A stretch of 62,456 nucleotides of DNA, counting the filler, from Choristocarpus tenellus KU-1152 (Eukaryota > Protista > Phaeophyceae): the NCBI GenBank assembly GCA_964200185.2. It is 7 parts of 7 records of this genome, joined end to end, with 100 filler letters (N's around TTAATTAATTAA, not from the genome) between each part and the next. Parts side by side here need not be neighbours in the genome. Positions count along the whole stretch, not along the records: positions 33,979 to 43,155 come from CAXNAD020003916.1; positions 43,256 to 46,488 come from CAXNAD020021358.1; positions 46,589 to 51,008 come from CAXNAD020014636.1; positions 51,109 to 58,641 come from CAXNAD020006004.1; 3 more parts are not named here. One strand, 5' to 3'. The notes under the pieces are model-generated. The model saw nothing but the letters and a program-made list of their open reading frames with translations. It did no database searches and was not told the DNA's origin. Positions 40,173 through 52,489 of the stretch are shown here, in pieces. The translations under genes and the position numbers were made by a program. Positions within the stretch are counted from its first letter, which is position 1. Each line of letters starts with the position of its first letter.

Positions 40173-41699
40173 TGGCATGTGCTAGAGAACTGTTGAGTCA
40201 TTTGGTATTCTGAGTCATTTACTGTAAGGTTGGTAAGCCCCATCTAGTGATGGTGTCTCACTCTCTTCTCAACTCTGATAAAGCTAATAAACAATCATAT
40301 AACTGGTTGTATGGGACAACAGATCATCAAGGACAGCTTAACAAGCAAACAGTCCTTTTCTGGACACACAAGTAGCCCGGACATGAAATTGGCCAACCAC
40401 GCTCTGTGCACATTGAACTGTGCAGTATGCAACCAATTGTAGAAGCAAAGCGTGAATTCATTAGATAGAAGGGAGAGAAAGGTCCATATGTATATGTTAA
40501 GACGATTTTGCTTGATCATATAGTCTACAGCCTATGTCGCCATATACATCCACGTAAACGAATTTTCACTATCTTCCTTGCTCTCATCACAGAAATGAGG
40601 GACAGATCAAATTAATCAAACATGATGTACTTGGGGGGTCGAACACTTGGCACAAGAGAGCACACCTGAATGCCATTGGAGTAAAACAAATACACATGCA
40701 CAAACCATATTTGGGACCCCCAAAGCATCAAGTCTAAGCTAGCTACAAGCACTGCCCACAACTCAACTCCACACCACTCCACACACATGCATACACACGT
40801 TTCAGATTCCGCAAAGCACCACATCAAACATGCCTACATGAACTGCCCATGACTCCACTCTCAACACTGTGCGTTACTGTGTGCTCTGTAATAAGACTGA
40901 AATATCTACAGATACACTTAACCAACAGGCAGCTCAACACACTATTCTCTAAACGTAAAGGGTCTACCCTCGAGGGTTTCGAATATTGACAACCTCCAAG
41001 CCCCAACCTTGTTTTCTTGTCTCATACTGCCTCATACCTGATTGAGTTTACCTCTCCTTCTCAATTCGGTCGACGTGGGCAGCCCTCATGAGCTCCGTTA
41101 TCAGTACAACCTCAAGACTCCTGTGTCATTAAACATTCCTGAACACAAGGGGCCCAACACCATGTCCTCTCGTGTAGTCGGCCTCTTCCCTCGGTCAAGC
41201 TTCACGGGACATCGACGTCGATCTGATTGGCCGCGCAGAGACCACGGGAGATGGACTCGAGGCTTCCACAGAGTACAACTTGGGAAACTTTATCGAACCT
41301 GAGGTTGTCCTGAGTGGAAGCTGAGGAAGTAAGGGCGGACACAAACTTAAATATTTCATCTGTGTCGAGGGCTTGGACCGTAGTAATAACCTCAGGGTTT
41401 GTGAGGTGTTGGTGAATGACGGCCACACCATCTTCAGATACCTACATCTCCACCTGGAAATTTCCCTCAACGCTATTTTCTCGTCACTTACCTCACGTTT
41501 CCCATCTTCATCGGAGACAAGAGCATCGAAACAATCTAGAAAGGGCACCACTTCGTCACTACACACGATACCCGTCTCTCCATACTAACCTAATCCGAAT
41601 ACGAATTCGGGTGAGGTCTCCATTCCTCCCTCCCCGTCTTGAAGGCCCCTGTCTGCCTATCTTGCGGATCTGGGGAGTGTCAACAACCCCAGAACTATA

Positions 41700-43045
41700 T
41701 GTTTGTCATTTTGTTGTCCATTATGATCAATCTTGACTTCTGAGTTTCCTTGTAAGCTTTTGTGGTAACTAAAGAAATTCGGCTCAAAAGTAATCAAGTT
41801 TTCCACGGAGATGAGAACAGATATTTGCTTGTGGCGAAAAGGTAGAGATGGAGCTTTGCGTGTGGAACAGGTTTTGCTCAGGACTCCATGTTGGATGGGA
41901 AAAGACACTCTCGCTGTTGAGGTGAACTTTGGCAAGTGATTCTTAAAAAGTAGTCATGTGATGCATTGAGGATACGGGCTTCGAGAGGACTACTGATTAC
42001 CAATTGGAATGGTTGAAGATTGATATTCGAAGAAAGTAACATTCTGGTTTCTTTTCTAATATGGTCGAAGTCCATCTGGACACCAACCAACCTCACACTC
42101 AAAGTCTCTGTACTCTTCTCTGTGGTTTTCAAGATGATGATTTTTAGATCATAGTTGGGCAGCAAATATTGAGCTCTCCATTACGCATTTTCGTTAAAAG
42201 ATAATACACCCATCACAAGTAACACTATGGGGAAGATAAAGCAACAACTGTGCAGGCGATCAGGGAGCAGGGTGAACGTCAGAGTCGCAAAGCGCAAGAT
42301 TCTGAGGGGTGGCGAGAGGAAGAGGCTATGTAAAGATAGAGAAGCAGTTGGCCATAGTTCGACTGGGCCATTGGTTTTCACGAGAATGCAGATGGAAGCT
42401 GTCTGCGTAGGGATTAAGCACTTGTCTGTGTGCCTCAACAAGGGACCAGGCTGTGGTCTGAAAATTTGCGTATCAACCCGCAAAGTCCTGGATGCTGTCC
42501 AAGCTCATCGCGGTCAAGCTAATCACGACGCAACCGACTGCCGGGCTTGCTTCCTGTGGTCTACTATTGGAGCGCTTTCCTTCGGGAATACTATCAATAG
42601 GAAATGAAAGAAAGTGTGTTTGGCCATAGTGAATGGCAGGGAGAAGTTGGTAGATACAGTCAGTCCCATTTTTGCATCACGAGTTTGTACTTGTATTATG
42701 ATGGGAAACTATTCGCCTTGGACTAGGATGAGACTTGTGACATGGCTGCCACTTGCTCTGGAGTCGTTAGTGTGGAATTAGTGTTCAGAGGGAAAAATAG
42801 CGAGTTTGAATTGCTGATGTATTTTTCGTGTTTTTCGTGACAAATGGCCCGATGTCTGCCCATCTCTATGGAACTCGTAGCAAGTGCCTTGGCACCCTGT
42901 AACACAATCGAGTTACAAATCATGTATGTGGTGCTCGTGTTCAGTCGCCATCGTAATCAGAGGCCGTACATACCACATTGAACCAAGGTGACAGTTAAGA
43001 GGGTCTCCACGCACATGTATACAGTGGCACTTCGACCATGTTTCT
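41700..43045 (-). pseudogene. Possible highly degenerate Ty3/gypsy pol relic (RT end to RNase H)
   Basis: Weak motif echoes in the expected order: 'ITMATEHEHHIHDL' (like ..T.EEH..HL), 'TQTAS...WPTASLSL' (like TDAS...PVAYASR.L), 'LPNYDLKIIILK...TETLS' (like L.EYDF.I.Y..G..N..ADALS). Many stops. Confidence 0.3.
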
Positions 43046-43049
43046 TTAT

Positions 43050-43155
43050 GAGTAAAAGTATCTTGGAGGGTACGAGTTTTGCCCTGTTTGTCCATTTGGA
43101 GTGTGTAAAATGTGTATGTTATTAGAAGGTGTGTCCTGAACATCGACATTGACAC
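43050..43155 (+). mobile_element. MITE family B, partial copy (internal deletion, cut by the gap)
   Basis: gagtaaaagtatcttggagggtacgagttttgccctgtttgtccatttgg matches the left end of the copies at 54637, 59077 and 60918. Confidence 0.85.
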
Positions 43156-43255
43156 NNNNNNNNNNNNNNNNNNNNNNNNNNNNNNNNNNNNNNNNNNNNT
43201 TAATTAATTAANNNNNNNNNNNNNNNNNNNNNNNNNNNNNNNNNNNNNNNNNNNN
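43156..43255. other. Artificial contig-joining spacer
   Basis: 44 N + TTAATTAATTAA + 44 N. Confidence 0.97.
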
Positions 43256-43417
43256 GGGTGGTGTTGGCTGTCCATTTGGGGTCAATTTTTTCATGTCGCA
43301 ATTTTTGTGTGATTTGGTTGCATATGTCGGATGGATAATACGAATCCACTTTTCCTGATTTTGGTCCAAATGGACACCATGGTTTAGAATCCACCCCCCT
43401 CCCAGATACTTTGGGTC
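43256..43417 (+). mobile_element. MITE family A copy with intact right terminal inverted repeat
   Basis: Body similar to the 39454 and 62283 copies; ends cccccctcccagatactttgggtc, the imperfect inverse of the left end ggctcaaagtatctggggggg. Confidence 0.85.
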
Positions 43418-45374
43418 TTATGGATGATTTTCTAAGTTTGACTTGATGGTGTTGATTCCTCTGTTTTTTGAAACTTTTGGACAGAGTTCAGAAAATTTCC
43501 TGCAAGCACTCGTAAAAAAAACGATTTCCGTACACTTTTGTTAGCATCCTTAAAATGAAACTCTGAATACCTCTCGTATACATTGGCTCAGTCCTCATTT
43601 AGTCCACACCTACCTGCCCTTGTTGGACCTTTATCTTGTCAACTCAGTTAGCTACGTCCTTCTCTGATCAGTCCTGGTCCACTTCGTGCCTCATTATTTT
43701 CGCCACCCTCCTTGTCTGACGAAACAAGCGACCTCATCACGAGAATCATTATATAATCAATAATAATAGAAAATGGGAAATATATACTACACTACATAGA
43801 TCCATATGAATATTGTTGTGACACATTTTCTAATACTATTTTTACAGAGACAAAAACCATTCCATAAAAGATATGACGGAGTAATATTAATAGTAGCAGT
43901 ATAGTGTGAAACAAATGGAAAAAGGCAGACAGGTTCTTCAGACTGAAGGGGAGAGGGATGACCCACAGAAGGCAGGACGGTGAGGAATCCCTCAGAAGGT
44001 CACTCAGAGAGGAGTGAACAGGCAAAAGATTGAATGAGGGAGGTTTCTAACCTCCACTCAAACCACCCGATATTTACTTCAAGCAGTAAATGCTGATGTC
44101 ATATGAGGCAGCAGACCTTAAGGTTTATCTTCTCAAGGAAGGGCACTTTAAAGGTATACCTTGGTCGGAAGGTGGCTATCACAATAGTAATCTGCAGTCA
44201 GTCCCTGGCACACATGGAGTGTGTCGGTTGTCCTTTGCTTCCTTCTTCGTAAGAGGCATCCATCATCATGATAGCATGCATGACATATATTCTGCTATTT
44301 TCACATTATGTTTAACAACAGTACTTTTAATACTTACTACTACGAATTATATCGAAAATCTAGGGGAGATATTTGATTGGAGGTTTTCACGTCACAATTG
44401 CGCGCCACCGTTCTTCTCTATCCACCACGTGTTTGAGTTACCTGTTCACGTGCTACGCTGCTTACACAGAGAAGATAATAGTGGAGAAGAAGTTGGTCTG
44501 GTTCTTACATCTAATTACTACATCTGGGCATGAATGTAGCATTGATTTGGATCAGCAGAAGTAAACCATCATTTTAACTAATACTCAACAAAGTTCACAC
44601 ATTCAAGGGGTCCTAGGGGTGTGTTTAACAAAGAAAGGATGTAAATAGTACTTTGTCAGTCCATTGGAACAAGACTGAATGCGAAGGTTGTGCCAATTGA
44701 GCTCATGCATTATTTTGCATGATTTACAAACCTTTAAGGAGTTACTCAAAGAACATGAACAAAGCACACACATTGTCACACATTCTACACCATATACCGC
44801 ACTCATTGCCATCCATTCTAGCTAGAGCATACACTCAAACTGTCAATCATACGTTACACGTCCCCAAGAGCGCTTTGCGTGACCTCCCATGCTTCTGGAG
44901 TGCAGTGCAGCTTCCTACGATGAGGGGTACCCCTTCGCTCGATCGATGCCTCCTTCAAGTGAGGCCAGCTTGAAAATGTTTTTCTTCTGCATAATATGAT
45001 CTCCAGGAAATATGGCCTGCAACATTGTCAAAACGTTCCCAAGATTGGCAGGAGGAGGATCTCTGTCCAAGGCGTCCTTGACTACTCGATGACCTGATCA
45101 AACGTCTGAGGGGTGCGTCAAGGCGAAAACCCTTTTCGTATCTATTGTCCCTGCAGACCTGTTCCTGCGGGTACACCTCGCGCCAACTCTCTCAACGAGT
45201 GGAAAGATACGAACTTTCCTTGCAAATTATTGTTGGCGCGGCGGTGTCAAGCCTTGAGCGAGCGACAGTCGCGAGGAACCTCGCCTTGGTGTCGTGTGTG
45301 ACTGGAAGGACTTTCGTTATAATCTTCATTGCACTTTTCTTGGAAAATCCAAACCATAAGAGTGACTCGAATGT

Positions 45375-45790
45375 GATCTTTGAATTACAGTACACGCTTT
45401 TCCTCATGGTAAAACTAGTTTGAAAACAATCGCGGTGGAAAGTTTTGGGTGCCTCGGCAAGCAAGCGGAATGCTTCCTGGATGAGCTAGCTACTCATATG
45501 GTGGGGAGAAAAGGAGCTGGAGGATATTGCAGGAAAGGAGTAGTCAAATCCCGGCTACGCCAAATTGTCTCGCTGACTACACAAGTGGCACTGTCTAGAC
45601 GTGTCATGCGCTTTAAACTAGAGTCATCAGGGAGATGGGCACGGAGGGATTTGTTGGATTCTTGGGATGCCTCCCTAGCTCCTCTCCTCGGGGCGCAGGA
45701 GTAGGTAGATGGGAAGCACAGGAAGGCCGTGGTACAATATTGGTGAAGTAACAGATTAGTGTTTTTCACACTTTAAACAGTTTTGTCGAG
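45375..45790 (+). mobile_element. 3' tail of a CRE/R2-like non-LTR retrotransposon (end of the restriction-like endonuclease)
   Basis: 'KTIAVESFGCLGKQAECFLDELATHMVG...RKGVVKSRLRQIVSLTTQVALSRRVMRF' matches the 'P.AVE.FG..G...' C-terminal motif of RLE-clade LINEs. Confidence 0.7.
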
Positions 45791-46488
45791 TGAAAAGAAA
45801 TCTGCATCAAATATAGTATTGACTTGTATAATGTCCCACCACCTCTCCAAGAAAACCACACAACACATGCACCAAAAAGTCCCAATACAAAATTCCCCTC
45901 ATTTTCTGGTTCGACATATCATTGGAACATGCCTAAACTATTTAGAAGTACTTCCGACTAACTTACGATGATTCACAACAACAGTTAGTAACAGTGGAGG
46001 TTCTTGACTTAGTTTGGTTCAACTTTCCTCTTGTGATTCCTCCGCATCTTTCCTTCAAGAACTCATCTACATCTAATTAATAGAATTAATCAAATGGAAC
46101 CTTCCCAGTACGATCCAGGTTTTCAAGCTCGTTTGTTCTTGTTTTTTAAATTTGACAAATCCCGAAGGTGACTTGTCACATTATCAAAACCAGATTTCGT
46201 TGAAAGAAAATCAGTTGGACCTATGTAATGAAGCGTCCAGATGTGATTCAAGACCACAACCCTCGTCCTTCAAGTTTGTTCTTCCACATAATAAAAACTA
46301 TTTTATTATTATGCCCTCTGACATTTTGCAGATGTGTCAGGGGGAAACCAATGAAAACTATATACCTATATACATATGTGTATATAAAATGTCCTAAACA
46401 TAAGAATACTGTAAGTGTTACAGGCGAATAGAGCGAGTATTTCTTCTTGTATTTCAACGAAGTGCAAACGGTTGTTACACGCGAATAG

Positions 46489-46588
46489 NNNNNNNNNNNN
46501 NNNNNNNNNNNNNNNNNNNNNNNNNNNNNNNNTTAATTAATTAANNNNNNNNNNNNNNNNNNNNNNNNNNNNNNNNNNNNNNNNNNNN
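46489..46588. other. Artificial contig-joining spacer
   Basis: 44 N + TTAATTAATTAA + 44 N. Confidence 0.97.
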
Positions 46589-46599
46589 CTCTTCATTCA

Positions 46600-46658
46600 T
46601 AAATTGTTTCTTCTACAGAATCTTCTTTTACACATGAATAAAAAGCATATTCTTAACA
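46600..46658 (-). repeat. LTR end fragment of the same copia family
   Basis: Identical to 33981-34039. Confidence 0.85.
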
Positions 46659-47979
46659 AGGTGGCCCAACTTCTGCAGAAGGTTTCATCTGGTGACCACC
46701 AAGCGGGGCCCGTCCGGCAGCTGTGGGCAAACATCTCGACAGTAGTCGGAATGAAACCTCTACAACAGGTCAGAGCCGTGAGTGTTCCTCCTGTGTTCGT
46801 AATTACATTTGTGCTGGCTTGTACAAAAACAATTAGTTGGCGCTTGGTAGGATTACTGGTGGGTCTTCACCATCATCATGAGCGACAGAGTTGCCTTCCC
46901 TACAACAAACGATGCTGTTTTGTGAGATCTCGGCTTTTGTTGCTAGTAGCGGGAATAGCCAACCGTTGCCTTCAACTCTAGGCAAGATCTTGGTCAATCT
47001 CCACCTCGTTTCCGCCTCCAACACGTGTCACTGTCGTAACCTACAGACGGGCTGGCGTCCTCGACATTGACTTCTTTCAAACTATTTCGCCCCGCAAGCC
47101 GCCTCCATTAAACACATTCACCACATCAACCGTATCGTTTGCTCTGTTCGATTGACATGCTATCGTTCTTCCATTACACTCTCCCATTTTTGACGTCACC
47201 ATCGCCCCCTCCTCTCCTCAACAACGTTCTCCGCCGTGTCCATCACCAGATTCTCGAGAAGGACTCGACTCTACGCGCTTACCTCACCACCTGAGATGGG
47301 AAATACCAGGATGTCCTCAACCAGGTCAACCTCCACCAGGTTCACAGCGGGCGGGGCGGTGATGGCGGCGGCGCAGACGTCGAGAGCAACAAAGGATCGG
47401 CATCGGATGGCCGTGAGAAAGAAGACGAGGGAGGGTGCGAACACAGAGGAGGGGATGGAAACGAGGGAGGGGACGAACACAAAGGAGGAGACGAAGACGA
47501 GGGAGGGGACGGACTGCCACGCAGGGAGGATACGGGCGAAGGGGGTTCTGTCGACAGCGTTCCTGGTGCGGAAGAAGAACAAAGCGGTCATGGAGGGTGG
47601 AATGCGGGCGTTTGCTGTACTGAATGTAATCCTCCACCTACGTCTCGGTGAGAAATGTAGTTGTAATGGTGCACACGGGGATGGCGGGTAATTAATGGCG
47701 TAAGATTGGTTTTCATCCAATCCCCCGAACGGCTATCTAGGTTGTCCTGCTTCAGCAGTGCACGCCATTGAACCGGTGGATCTTGCGGGGTCCCTCTGTG
47801 TGTGGCGCTGCGGTCACTACCCCCACGTCTCTTTATTTGCCACAGCCCGATTGTGTGTTAATGCATGTACATCACCGACTGTTGTATCTCACCTGTACTA
47901 CTTCATATTGTTTTGTGCCGCCAATTTCGTGGTCCTTCATAGCCGTGGATCCCCGCATTGCGTTGTTTCGCCCAATTAA

Positions 47980-49830
47980 TGATTTTGAAAAATACTATCC
48001 TGTCTGTTTGACGCTCTCGTTCGATGCCACGCACGACAGGTATTCATGCCCAAAGTGCTCCATCACGCACATGGGCGAATGTGCCTACGTGGAGATTGTG
48101 AACGACGAGAGGCACAAGGATCGATTATGTATCAATTGCCCCATGGCACAGGAGGGCAGTGAAGGGACTGGATCGGTGGGGAACGAAGCAGCGGGTCAGG
48201 GCAGGGGCAAGGGCAAAGGTAAGGGTCACGCAAGGAGCGCGGACAGGTCACCCAGCAGGCAAAGCCTTTTACGTCCCCCCTCACGCAGCGAAACGGCGGA
48301 CATGGAGAAGTGCATGTGGGTCTCGGCATGGTTGCACATTATACGGACATACAAGTCGTCTCTGCGTGTTTGGTTTCGTGTTGGTGTGCACGTGGGTCTT
48401 GGCAGTTTGTACATCATGTGGATTGCTCGTCCTTTGTGCGTGACGTTTTTTGGAGGTTTCCATGGGCCATGGAACTTAATGTTTTTACACGTCTCCCCTC
48501 CTTCCACGAGATGTATCTGATGGGTCTGGCATTGTGGAGGGTACGGCTTGACATTTTGGGGATGCCGGGGAAATATTGTCAGGACATCACTTAATGATAC
48601 GATTGCCTGCACCGTTGCTTACGAACGCTGTCCTTCTTGTCGTGCTGTCTGTGTACTGTGTCGTGTGTCATGATGTCCAACCAGGACTGAGAACTCTGCA
48701 ATACACGACCTTCGCCCTCTCGACCCGACGCTACCCTTAGACGGCCTGAGAGATTTCGCCTTCCGCAACGCGCCAAAGCTCGCCATAGTGTCCATTGCCG
48801 CCGAGCCAAGATTCGTCAATGATGAAGAGGCGACCAACACACACTTGCGACAGGTGGTTAAGTGCTTGCAGGTGAAGATACATCCTCAGGGCACCATCGC
48901 GCTATTTGTGCGCCACCCGTGGGCCGTGCAAGCACACCACCTACACGGAGAGTTGCAGAGTTTGCCAGCGCTGAAATATGGAGTGTATTGCAGGAGACTA
49001 TTGCAATCCGCCATGGCCGTTATCAGTCCGTCCGTGTGTCATCGGATATTGTGCGACCGTTCAGGAGATGCGGATTATGTTGTGTGTCTTTCTATTTCGC
49101 TTTCCCCATGTTGTTTCATCTTCTTCGTACCTTCTATTTCCTTTTGTGTCTCTTGCTCTTTCCCCCGAGTCCTTCGTAGTTCTTTGTTTCATTTTCCGTG
49201 AATCGCATGCTGGTGTTACTTGTCTTCACTACATTATTTTTGCCGTCTTTCCTTCTATTACAGAATTTCCTGTTGTTTGCATTATTACATTTGTTATTTG
49301 CCTTGCGTTCCACACTCGTTGTACTATTATAATGTTAGTGGTATGCGATTTCATTAATCCCAACGATAACTACTTGTGTGATGTCACTGTCAAGTTTGTC
49401 GCATGCCGGACCCACGCGCTCGCTTCCGCCTTCTCTTCATTCAGGGGCTCTTATGGTGTCGAAGGTGGGCTTGGTTGTGGAGGATCATCCCCTGCTTATA
49501 ATGTACAAGACGAGGGGGGGGGGGGCGCCCTCTCGCGGGCACTGATAACCATCTCAGATGCCACCAGGACATGATTCTTCTCGCGCACAACGATTGGACA
49601 GAGTTCACGTGCAACAAGCGAGTCACCGTCGACGACATCTTTGGCCACGGGAGTGATCCATCTCCTCCGGTACTCCAAAATATGTGTGACGTAGGGTACC
49701 AAGGTGCTGCAACGGACATCCCCATGAGGGCCCTCCACTTCCTCGTTAACAGGTTCGTTAACTGCGTCACACACGCCCTTCTTCATGGGAGCAGCGACTA
49801 TTTTTGTGTAGGTGTAGATCATCGTTAAAC
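47980..49830 (+). CDS. Putative spliced gene of unknown function (Cys-rich segment plus possible degenerate methyltransferase-like fold); exon structure uncertain
   Basis: CpG-rich, coding-like segments after AG acceptors: 'YSCPKCSITHMGECAY...LCINC' (~48040-48140), 'TENSAIHDL...KLAIVSIAAEPRF...LRQVVKCLQVKIHPQGTIALFV' (48685-49020) and 'DVGYQGAATDIPMRALHFLVNRF' (~49690-49760). Confidence 0.3.
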
Positions 49831-51008
49831 AGTAACAGAACAAGCTGGGTCACGGTTCAGGGGCATCAAACCGTACCATGAGTGTGTTTCCCTGAATCAG
49901 TACGTTAAGCGTCAAACTGCACCAAGAGTGTGTTGCCCTGTATCAGTACGTTACTCGTACATTGCGATACGATGAATCCGTGCGCAATAGAATGTACTCC
50001 TCGGGATAATTTACGAGCTGCCCTCCTGTGATAGGTACACGAATCCTGGGGACACCGTCGTCTCCTTCAGCACAGAGAGGCACAACGTGATGGAGGCGGT
50101 CCTTAAACGGAGCAGGAGGGTGGAGGTGTTAGTGTCCAATGCGGCGTCAAAGGACGAGGTGAAAGAGAAGATGGAGACCTCCTTCGGCCGAGCCTACAAG
50201 GACGGCAAGTGGAAGGTAACAAGGGTGTGCTGACCTTTTTCCATTTCTTTCCAACTTGTTGTCTCTCTTGGTTTGCTATGGATAGGTGTCGGGCGTGCGG
50301 TTGTGGTAGTGATGTTTCATTGTCCATGTTTACACGTTGCTAACACGGTGCACGCGGTGACCCACACGACAAACGGAAATTGCGAGACCCCAAGACTTTG
50401 TGTGTGAGTGTCGGTACGTCGTAATGTCCTCCTTCCCCAAACGAAATAAAAACGTGCTGCGGTACACCACAAGATCTTTAACCAATGCCGGAATAATCCC
50501 TACATACGTGACGAAACCTTATCGCATGGCAAACACTTCAATGCCACATGGTTGGGCTGTCACATGCACGCACATGATGTTGCAGGTATCCACGTCTCTC
50601 ATTCAAGAACGCGTGATAGGCCCTTCCTGCCTGCCGGAAACCTTGGGGCAGACCCTCGTCCCAATTGAGAGGCAGCGATGTTTTGCTGAGGTCGTCAATC
50701 CTCAGAGAAAGGCAATAGGACGCGATGAGGCGACCGTTTTCGTTGCAAAGACGGTGGCGACGGACTTCGGCTACCAGATCGAGGTGAATCGGGCATAGAA
50801 TGCACTTCGTGACATATTTTGTCAAAAACGAACGGCAGAGTCACGCTCTTGGCACGCAGAATAAATCTTTTTTTTATTCCCGAAACCGAACCTATCTAAT
50901 GTGGCACCCAAATACGTCGCGTAGAAAACTATGGGCCTTGCGGGTAAGTATTGGATCCGTCGTGTGTTCAACGTTTGCCACAAAAAGGTTGCCGTTTTTT
51001 GTACCACC

Positions 51009-51108
51009 NNNNNNNNNNNNNNNNNNNNNNNNNNNNNNNNNNNNNNNNNNNNTTAATTAATTAANNNNNNNNNNNNNNNNNNNNNNNNNNNNNNNNNNNN
51101 NNNNNNNN
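51009..51108. other. Artificial contig-joining spacer
   Basis: 44 N + TTAATTAATTAA + 44 N. Confidence 0.97.
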
Positions 51109-51357
51109 GGGGGGTTCAGGCAACACCGTCAATAAAACAAACAAGGACGCTTTTTATTGTTCGTCTGTGGTTAACCACACATACATACTACATGGTCACC
51201 CGAAAATCAAGAAGTTGGTTGACAGGGTTCCTAAACGCGGGATAACTATCTCGACTTAGGCTGAATAGGAGGACACAGAGAGATTTCGCAACAGCTGTAA
51301 CCCAACTAGAGGAGGAGTAGAGCGCCACCATCCCACCAACGTTGACAGCTCCCTCAC

Positions 51358-52257
51358 CTTTTGGTGCATTTTGCGGATCTCTGCTAGTGACACTTCTTTA
51401 TTCTTCATCTGGCGCTTGATAGCTTCTTCGAGCTCGTGCTGAAAATACATCTTATCGTACAGCGTGCGCTCAACCACACTCTCGGTCGCGTCGTTGAATG
51501 CTATAAGCGTGGCGGTGCAGTGGGTGAATGGGACAAGGGGTAGGTGGGAAACGATCGCAGGACACACGCGGCAGGCAGTAGTGAGCAACATGTTGCTGTT
51601 GACAGAAAGACCACGAGGGATAAAAAAGATCAACAACGAAAAGATCATCAATGGGCGGACTGACGATGAACCAAACAAAGGAAACTCGGCAGGAACCTGG
51701 TAGATCAGAAGAGTCATCAGGCGATCATGGAACAACGACAACACTCAACTTACTTTGTTGCTTAGTTGATCGGAAGAGTCTGGCGATTATGGAACAACGA
51801 CAACACTCCATCACCCACCGTTGGCAATTAGCCTCTCTTCTGCTCGGTTGAACTCCATGTAGACCCGCATCATGAAAACGCATTCGGGATCAAACTCTCT
51901 CTTCAGCACCGTTATTCTATGATTTCCGTCCAGTGTTCGTCCTTGAATGGTAAGCGCAGTTTCGGCGGTGAGCTGGTCCCCGTTGCCTAAGCAGTCTCGT
52001 TGGATTACGACAGACGGAGCAAACTGCTCCTGCCAGCCTTTCTCGTGGATAGACTTGCTGACACGCGTAAGGCCACGCTCGCTCAGTGGACGCACCATCT
52101 CCGTGCATGTGATGTTGCCGAGTTTCATCTTGTACATGCCGAGGTAGTGATATTCTAGGAGCGAAGACATGCCCTTCAGATTGCTGTACCACGTTCTCGA
52201 TCCGTGGGCAGCGCCATTGGCGAGCGGGTGGGTTGTTGTTGAGCGAATGCTGGACAT
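51358..52257 (-). CDS. Spliced ParB/sulfiredoxin-like domain gene, first two exons, 3'-truncated by the gap
   Basis: Exon 1 (51819-52257) reads 'VRPLSERGLTRVSKSIHEKGWQEQFAPSVV...RTLDGNHRITVLK...EERLIAN'. A phase-1 GT-AG intron joins exon 2 (51358-51500), 'AFNDATESVVERTLYDKMYF'. This gives the 'R......L..SI...G', 'DG.HR' and 'A..N' hallmarks of the ParB N-terminal domain. No stops. Confidence 0.7.
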
Positions 52258-52489
52258 GGCGAAGATTGGGAGGGTGTGACAGGGATCAATAAATAACAGG
52301 TGTGCATGGTATGTACGGAAGGGAATGAATTGAAATGAGGACTGAGGGATGGGAGGTGCTGCTTTATTTCATCTGGTCGGTCGATCCTCAAAACTCAGAT
52401 TTGTCTTTCTGTTGACAATTGTGTTATAAAAAATACGAATATCGAACAGCATACGATTTCATATTTAAAACAGACAGAGAGTATCAGTG

